Shown here one piece after another: positions 55,081-64,000 of a stretch of DNA of 64,000 bases. The DNA comes from the human T2T-CHM13v2.0 reference genome, Homo sapiens. The translations under genes and the position numbers were made by a program. Position 1 is the stretch's first letter, and each line of letters begins with the position of its first letter. Under the pieces are notes generated by a model. That model saw nothing but the letters and a program-made list of their open reading frames with translations. It did not search any database and was not told where the DNA came from. The stretch lies in the NCBI RefSeq assembly GCF_009914755.1, contig NC_060931.1; one strand, 5' to 3'.

Positions 55081-56428
55081 AAGGTATAGAAATGTTAAGA
55101 AATGAGTCTAAACTTATTCAAAAAGAAAGTGTAGCACCATGACCTACTGCCAGGTCTTATCGACTTTGTAAGCTTTTTCTAGTTAACAACTCCCATCAAC
55201 TATTTCAAGACTATTTTGCTTTCTCATATCTGATCCTATGTCTCTGGTAGATGTTAATTGATCGTAGCACCCTTTCCAGCTGAATCTGAACTTAACCTCT
55301 CAATCTTTCTCAGAAGAAATGAGTACAGAGACACTAGCAATTGGCTAGAGTTAGCACCGAAACAGAAAGCTAGTTTTTAATCACAACATTAGAATGCATT
55401 CCCTCGCTGAAATGATTTATGTCTTTATTTACCTGTTTGCAAAATGGGAGTACTGGACTAGAAAATCTCTAACATTTTTGCCACACTACAATTTTGTGAA
55501 GATCCCAAATCTGTATATTACCAGAAAATATATAATTTAGAAATTCCTAAGTATTTTCCATAGAAAATATATTTGAATTACAGTATGTTTACGATATGAA
55601 AGTAGAATTACCCATGAACTTGCATTCATTTTATAACTTTCAAATATTATTCCACAGGATAGAAATTTCTCATGCTTGATCACAGCCCAAAGATAATTAT
55701 GTCCTGGAAAACACACCGTATCTTTATTCATCTAGAAGTCCTGTCCCGCATGTGAAGAAATAGGGGAAAAAATGAAGAGCCACACACAGTTGAAATAGAC
55801 CATGCGTCTGGTCTTTACTGAGGCATATTCTCCTGAGACTAACCATTTGATATATGTTTTACAAATTGCATTTTTAATGGAGTATATGAAGTATGAGGTC
55901 ACATGAAATTCTTAGGTTATTTCTTTGAAGTCTGATGTTTTACAAATAATGCCAATACTGATTTAGGAATCTTTCAAAATTACATAACTGCGGTTTAGTT
56001 TTGCTTTTTAACCTAGAGGTATAATCTTTTTTCCCTTTCAAAAGACAATAGCAAAGCTCTGCTCTGAGAAATCTCTCCCTCTCCCACTCCCTTGTTTTTT
56101 GGCCAAAATGTGCTCACATCTGTCCAGAGCTGAGGAAGTCCCAGCCACCATGTGCAGTCTTTTGCTTTCAGCCCGCGGCCCAGGAAATTACTACCTGTGT
56201 GGGCAGAACCTCAGTGCATAACTGCTAAGTTCCACAAAACTGAGGATTCAGCCAGATAAAAAAGAAAAGAAAAAAAACTAAAAACATTGTTTCTTCTACC
56301 AAGAAACCCTCTTTCTTTGAGGTTTCATAGCCCAGGTTACAAACAAAAAAGTGTAGAGTTTGCAAGGTATGTTCCCTTACAAATGAGAAAAACAAAACAC
56401 CATGGAATATCCTTAATGACACTTAAGA

Positions 56429-57069
56429 CTTTTTTTATTATACTTTAAGTTCTGAGATACATATGCAGAGCGTGCAGGTTTGTTACATAGGTATACATGT
56501 GCCATGGTGGTTTGCTGCACCAAACAACCCATCATCTACGTTAGGTATTTCTCCTAATGCTATCCCTCTCCTTGTTCCCCACTCCCTGACAGGTCCTGGT
56601 GTGTGATGTTCCCTTCCCTATGCCCGTGTGATCTCATTGTTCAACTTCCACTTATGAGTGAGAACATATGGTTTTTGGTTTTCTGTTCCTGTGTTACTTT
56701 GCTGAGAATGATGATTTGCAGCTTTATCTAGGTCCCTGCAAAGGACATGAACTCATCCTTTTATATGAATGCATAGTACTCCATGGTGTATATGTGCCAC
56801 ATTTTCTTTATCCAGTCTATCATTGATGGGCATTTGGGTTGGTTCCAAGGCTTTGGTATTATGAACAGTGCTGCAATAAACATAGGTGTGCATGTGTCTT
56901 TATAGCAGAATGATTTATAATCCTTTGGATATATAACCAGTAATGGGATTGCTGGGTCAAATGGTATTTCTAGTTCTAGTACCTTGAAGAATCGCCACCC
57001 TGTCTTCCACAATGGTTGAACTAATTTACGCTCCCACCAACAGCGTAAAAGAATTCCTATTTCTCCACA
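56429..57069 (-). mobile_element. L1PA7/8-like 5'-truncated LINE-1
   Basis: TTATACTTTAAGTTCTGAGATACAT...; track ORF 56761-57108 is the ORF2 C-terminus. Confidence 0.95.
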
Positions 57070-57074
57070 ATAAT

Positions 57075-57250
57075 AAAAATAAAATGCTAAGTGAAAGCTC
57101 TGTGCCACTTACTCATTTAATCATTACCTCAACCCTATTTGGTACAGATTTTTATCTCCACTTCTTAGATTAAGAAATTTAGGCAGAAAAAAGTTAAATA
57201 CATTGTCCAGGGTTACAGGGATGAAGTAGAGGTGCTGGGATCTGGCTCAC
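57075..57250 (-). mobile_element. MIR
   Basis: CTCATTTAATCATTACCTCAACCCTAT...AAGTTAAATACATTGTCCAGGGTTACA. Confidence 0.6.
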
Positions 57251-60200
57251 GGTCTCTCCCTCTGGCTCACAAACTCAGCCCCTGGAGTGTGCTGTCCTAA
57301 TTGCAAATATAGACTTATGCATACATTCAAAATCCTCACAGCCCAACAGAGATTAAGGTGCTATAATTATTTGTCAGTTCTTTATAGGTAGAAAGTATGG
57401 AGGAAAAGCCTACTCTTCTGATTGTACGTCATTTCCATACAGTCTTTAGCCCTAAGCAAATGATACTTTAGTAATCTCCTATATCATTCTCTGCTCTGTG
57501 ATAACTCAAGACTCTCCCCTTTATAATCAAGTTGGGTGACACGTCACTGAGTTTGCCTCTTGCATTCTGTTACTCTCTTGCACATAATCAGATGATTATG
57601 TGCCACAGCAGGGACAAAGAATCTGGACCTTCTCTTTCTTATGTGCCCTGTAGTGCCTGACTTTCCAGAGTGTGTTGGATGACTGTGTTCCAGGGGGCTG
57701 AGAACCACAGACATACAGATGCCACTTGATAACCACATGTCTTTATTAGCGTTATTATTCCCAGAAAACATTCCCTCCTAGTCAGGATTCTGTTAGACAT
57801 AACAAAAATATGCTGAGGAATAAAAAGGCAACATTGTTTGGTGATCCAAACTAGCATTCATACATGACCAACTAAAGAGGCAGGATGTACAAATATGATG
57901 TTTTCCTATTTTTCAAATGTGGCACTTAACATTTTAATTCCATTTAAGATATCTGAATAATCATCAGGAAACAGTAGCCTCAAAGGATCTAAAAATGGAT
58001 TTGTCTCAGTAATCTTTGAGTTCTACCCCCTCCCTATCCAATATGGAGGTGTTCTGGCAGAGGATAGTGGCCCATCTTCCAGGGAAGTAGTAGAGAGAAT
58101 ATCTACATTACCATAGAATTTGAATGAGACATCTTGAGAGTCTATCTTATTATAAGCTTTTATATTTCTGAGATATTGGATAGTATTGGTATATTAAAAA
58201 TGAAAAAGAAGAATATAAATCTTAATTATGGGTTTTACATTATTTAGAATATAATTTAAACCTAAAGCAATTTCCATATGAGCAGTGGTAAATTGAATTA
58301 GGTTTTTAAAAAAAAGTTCTTCTGGCTAGATTCCCTGCAGCTAATCTATATGGTTATGCCATGTGGTTAGAAACAGGAAACACCTGTCTCCCTGCTTGCT
58401 AGCACTCACTTAACATGATCCCTGGCAAAGCAGTTTTTTCAGCCCCACTCCAATTCACCAGAGGTCATTTCAATATGGACTATTTCAACTTGTATTACAA
58501 ACCATCAGTGCTTAACAATTTTCAAGCACTTTCTGGATATGAATCATTATATAGTCACAAGAGGTTTTAAAATTATTGTCCTGAGGTCCTCTGAAAGAGA
58601 TCATTTGCAAATTTCAAATTCGTTGGGATTTCAATACATAAAATACCTTATTTTTATGTTTTTATTGTCATAGAGAGAATATATCTCACCTTGCAAAATG
58701 GAATGTGTATTTCAAGTTCTTTGTTTTTAAAAAGCATAAAACGTAAAATCTATTGTAAGAGTTTCAAATGTCAGCACAGTAGATTTGCGTTAGGGCTTTC
58801 AGTTTTTTGCTCTTTACAGTGCTTCAAAATAGAAACCTCATATTTAATACCCCATTCAAATTCTGGCTTTGAATTTTGTACTACAAAGTTTGACAGCTAT
58901 CACCAATACAGATGCTTCAGATATGCTAACAATTTATGCTTTGGGAGTGACTTTTTTTTTTTTAACATTACCGTAGTTTCATAATTGACAATATGCCTAG
59001 GTTAACCATGGTAAAAATGAGGTTGGGAAATTCCTTTACCTCCCTCTGCTTGTGATTGTACTCATTTCTAAAATAAGGGGATGAATAAATAGACTCCTCC
59101 CCACCCCCAACTTGAAGGAGTTAAGAAACAACTATTGACTTAAAAATAGCAAATTGCAGAATGCCTATTATAAGAAATATTCCACAATTATTATACCATT
59201 TAGTCACTCTGTAGAACTACATGGCTGTTTGAGAGAGCTCTTTTCACCCCACCCCTGAAAATTTTCTACCTGTGCACCAGACAAAATTATTTTATATCCG
59301 CAGTAAATACAATGTAGCACTGGCTTTAAATCACTATACTATAACTTGCCTCTGAAATTATAATCTGCTACATGTCATGTTTTACATCCTCCTCAGTTAA
59401 AAAGTCAATTTGACAGAGAGACAACATAACAGCATGTTATGAAAGTGAAAATTTTTAACATAGATGAAAATTTGGCAGTTTACCTATAAATGTGTTTTGG
59501 TCTATCAACTTACCTTTGCTTTTTTATACAGGGATAGAACTGACTGATTAAATATAGGTTGACCAAGCAGACAATAAGGCAAAAGACAAGACTAACGTAT
59601 GATTATGTAGGTAAAATTAGAAATGCTGGCAGATATGACCCCACCTCCATCTTTCAGACCTACAGAAGTTTTTGGACAATTAATGCTCTAATAATGAGGT
59701 TGGTGCACAGTGAAAAGAGATTTGGAGGGTAGCAGTTGCATTGTGTCAATAACAACTGCCAGACATGAGTTCTCTGGGCATAAGTTGTACTTATAGAAAT
59801 AGGCAGCCATATGTCAAATTTTCTAGAAATCTCAGTCTCTCTCAATGGAGATGCCTCTTGAGATACAGGGAATTCTTCCAGCTCTAAATGTATGCTATAG
59901 TTTTAAGAAATACATTACACTTTGAGGGTCATGTCACTACCAAGAGAACTATAATTTAGACCACAGAAAGCTTAGGAGAACAAGAGCAAGGCTTTTTTCC
60001 TTATATCAAAAACTAATCAATTCCTACATAGAAATTTCTCATAATTGAAATGAATTCTTGATCTATCCCATACCTCATTACTCCAATGTGGAGATACAAA
60101 AGGAAGCTGGAGGAAAATAACCCCCTTACACATACAATTTTAATTTTAGAAAAGGAAGGAAAGAAAAAAGAAAGGGAAACAATACAATTCATAAGGCAAT

Positions 60201-61054
60201 TGAGATGAGATAGAACTTCTTAGATTATTGAACACATTTTGATGCATTTTTCTCAAGCCATTGACTTTTGAAAAACTTGGGCCATCTTCCCTGGCTAGAG
60301 ATTTAGTAACATTCTTCTGCTATAAGCATTCACCAATCACTGGATAAACAAAGACACAGACATAGCTAACTTATAATATCTAGTCCAAGAGGTTTTAGAA
60401 AGATGTTTTTAGGAATATATTGGTATGAGTTAATTCACTTTCTAGGTAAGGAAGTCAAAAATTGGATAACAAAGATTTGATTAGAAATTTGCCCCATAGC
60501 CACACCTCTAATCTTTTCTGTTTTTCTCTACCATTTCTCAAGCTGAGTTCACAGGAGGTAGAAACTCTTTTGAACTCCTTTGAGTATGGGAATCTCCATA
60601 TTGATTTTTACTTTACTAAGTAGATGGTTCTTAAGTTTTAAGAATCTGCTTACTTTTTAAAATAATCTGATCACTTTTGAGATTAAAAAAAGGCAAAACA
60701 TTTTCTCAGTAATTTAAGCAAAGCTGGCAAGTTAAAATCCTAGTTATATATTACTGAAGAAATTGGCTAAAATACTTCATGTTGTGATTTCAAATCCAGA
60801 ATGAAATCTACCATGGCAGGAAACTGGGGTGGGGGCTATGTAAAATATAGTGGAATATTTTAGTAAGACCTTAAGTGAGGTAAGAAAGGAATGGGCATCA
60901 GTCATATGGAAGGAGAGAGAGAACATCATTAAAAAAAAAAAAAGGAAAATAAATGTCCTCTCATAGGCAAGGTTCTAAAATTACTGAATCCAAAAATACC
61001 ATGTCCTGTGAAACTCTAATAGGTGAATTATCTGCCCTATGCTGAATAAAGGTC

Positions 61055-63233
61055 GTGTGTGACAAACCCACGGCTAAAATCATTCTCAATGAGAAAGAGT
61101 TGAAAGCTTTTCCTTTAAGATCAGGAATAGTACAAGAATGCTCACCCTTACCACTTCTATTCAACATAGTACTGGGTGTTCTAGCCAGAGCAATTAGGCA
61201 AGAGAAAAAAAATACAAAGTATCCAATTTGGAAAGAATGAAGTTAAATTTTTTGTTTACAGATGACATAGTCTTATACATAGAAAGCCCTAAAGACTCTG
61301 TCAAAAACCTCTTAGAACCAATAAATGAATTCAGTAAAATTGCAGGATACAAAATCAACATACCCAGTAGCATTTTTATTCAATAAAAAACTGTCTGAAA
61401 AAGAAATTAAGAAAGCAGTCCCATTTACAATAGCTACAAAAAATAAAGTAGAAGTTTAAGAAGGTAAAAGATCTGTAAGCATTGATGAAGGAAATCAGGG
61501 AAGACACAAATAAATGTAGAGAAATCTTATGTTCATGGATTGGAAGACTTAATATAAAAATGTTCCTACTACCCAAAGCGATCTCTACATATTCAATGTA
61601 GTCGTTATAAAAATTCAGATGACATTTTCACAGAATTAGAAAAAACAGTCCTAAAATTCCTATGGAACCCCAAAGACACTGAATAGCCAAAGCAAGAACA
61701 AAGCTGGAGGCATCACACTACCTGACTTCAAAGTATACTACTAAGCTCTAGTAGCCAAAACAACATGATCTGGCATAAAAACAGACCGAAGAACCAGAAA
61801 GAAGAGCCCAGAAATAAATCTACACATTTATAGTCAATTGATTTTCAACATAAATGCCAAGAATACACAGCAAGGAAATGACAGTCTCTTCAATAAATGG
61901 TGTTGGGACAACAGAATATCCACATGCAGAAGAATGAAATTGGTGCCTCCTCTCACTTCTTATACAAACATCAACCCCAAATGGATGAAAGACGTAAAGA
62001 CCTGTAACTGTAAAATTTCTCGAGACAAAATATCCATTGCATTGGTCTGGGAGATGATTTTTTTTTTTTTTTTAGATATAACACCAAAAGCAAAAAACAA
62101 AAGCAAAACCAGATAAATGGTATTACATTACACTAAGTAGCTCTGTACAGCCAAGGAAACAATCAACACAGTGAAGAGACACCTTATAGAATGGGAAATT
62201 ATATTTCCAATCTGTTATGTCTCATAAGGGGTTAATATTTAAAATATATGAGAAAATCAAATAATAGTAAGAAAACAACTGAATTAAAAAATGGGCAAAG
62301 GATCTAAACAGACATTTCTCAAAAGAAGGCATACAAATGGCCAATGGGTATATGAAAAACTGTTCAATATCACTAATCATTAGAGAAATGCAAATTAAAT
62401 TAAATCCACAATGAGATATCACCCAACACATGTTAGGCTATTAGAAAGAAGATGAAAGATAACAAGTGTTGGCAAGAGAGTGGAATAAAAGGAACTCATA
62501 CACTGTTGATGGGACTGTAAATTAGTAGAGCCATATGTTAAACAGTATGGAGCTTCCTCAAAAAAGTAAAAACAGAACTACTATATCTTTCAGTAATCCC
62601 AATACTGGGTATATATCCAAAGGAAATGAAATCAGTATGTGAAAGATTTCTGCACTACGATATTCATTGTAGGATTATTCCCAACAGACAAGCTATCAAA
62701 TCCACATAAGTGTCCATGAATGGATTAATGGATAAAGAAAATGTGATATATGTCCACAGTGGAATACTGTGAGTTGTTAAAAAAAAAAAAAAGATATCCT
62801 GTCATCGTTGATAACATGAAGGAAACTGCAGGATGTTATGTTAAGTGAAAAGTCAGGTACAGAAAGATAAATATGGCATGATTTCACTTACATGTGAAAT
62901 CTACAAAACTTAAGTTCATAGAAGTAGAGAGTAGAACGGTGGTTACCAGGGGCTGGTGGGGGAGAGATGGAGAGATGTTGGTCAAAAGATACAAAATTTC
63001 AGTTAGGAAGAGTAAATCCATGAGATATATTGTGTGACAGGATGGCTATAGTTAGTGTAATGTACTGTATTCTTAAAAATTGCTAAGAAACTACATTTTA
63101 AGAATTTTTACCACAAAATAATAAGTATGTGAGGTAATGTGTATATTAATAAGCTCAATTTTGCTAGTGCACAATGTGTGCATATTTTAAAACATGTTGC
63201 ACACAATATATACAATTTTTGTCAAATAAATAA
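61055..63233 (+). mobile_element. L1MA (L1MA4/5-like) 3' ~2.2 kb: RT to 3' UTR
   Basis: [22 protein letters not shown]; FTDD at 61255-61266; DSLFNKWCWDN; L1MA 3' UTR. Confidence 0.93.
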
Positions 63234-64000
63234 TGTTTGCATGGGCAGAGGCCCAAGACTGGAGATAAAATTGGTTTGTACTTTAAAGAAAAGAGAAATG
63301 AGGAAAGCCTGAACCTGTAAGCACATCCAAAATAACTCAGGCTGTAGCCCATTTACCCCAGATCAGTAAGATTCTCTCCCAAGTGCCAACATAAAATGAA
63401 ATTTCCTAAATGCAACCTGGGGGTAGTGGGCATATTAGATCTGCCTTATATTTGAGTAGGTGAAGTAAAAGTTGAGACTATAACATTAATCTAGGAGTAA
63501 GGTTTTTATCACAGGAGTTACCATCAATGCCTGATAAATTATTGAATTAACATTGGCGGAATACACTAGGATTGGTAAACATAGGCACATTGTTTCTTAT
63601 AGAGTCTCCTAGTATAATGAGGTTCTGAATCACTGGTTTTCTTAATTCTCCATCCATTCAGTCAGCTGTCTCAGTATACTTCCCAGAAAAATGAGGCAGA
63701 GCTTTTATCCCCAGTTAAATTATTTGAAGTCAGTTTCTTTTTCTATTAAGGAATTACGTGTCATGCAATTATAAAGAAAGTCCATTTGTTGAAAAGATAA
63801 ACTTTAGAGTTCACTTGACGTAGCTTTTTGGAGAATATTTTGCTTTTTCCATTGGCTGTAAGGCCAATAGTACAGAGTCTCCTGAAACATTTAGAAGTTT
63901 GTTTATGTAAACTGACACTCTAGAAGGGGAGATGGGAAATAGACAACATGTGAACTTCCCAAAGCTGGAAATAGTCTGCAGAGTGTATCAGGAGTTTATA

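Noticed and set aside
59025-59034. NF-kB consensus GGGAAATTCC
   Set aside because: Isolated motif, expected by chance in 64 kb.
59508-59670. Strong minus-strand donor AAG|GTAAGT with a possible upstream acceptor
   Set aside because: Weak polypyrimidine tract and no convincing coding frame.

Overview
AT-rich, gene-poor primate (most likely human) nuclear DNA, intronic or intergenic. Roughly half is recognisable interspersed repeat: L1 of many ages, six Alus including an AluY, MaLR/ERV1/ERVL LTRs, hAT and Tigger fossils, and MIR/L2/L3. I see no convincing host protein-coding exon, RNA gene or CRISPR array. Nearly all ORFs in the track are L1/Alu/LTR fragments or chance ORFs. The most notable items are: (1) a 5'-complete L1PA7-like element on the minus strand whose antisense ORF0 (866-1069) is still open, with a strong start context and an intact splice donor pointing into the window; (2) a solo LTR10A carrying an AP-1 tandem array; (3) a non-repetitive candidate enhancer with two ETS-IRF composite motifs; (4) two neighbouring twin-primed (5'-inverted) L1s; (5) an L1 with an in-frame ORF1/ORF2 fusion junction; (6) an ancient two-LTR ERVL (LTR33-type) provirus remnant; (7) several short fold-back/template-switch footprints, one attached to an ~80-bp locally templated insertion. 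I cannot support a wholly new biological system. Subfamily names and the boundaries of old repeats come from visual recognition of consensus sequences, not computed alignments.
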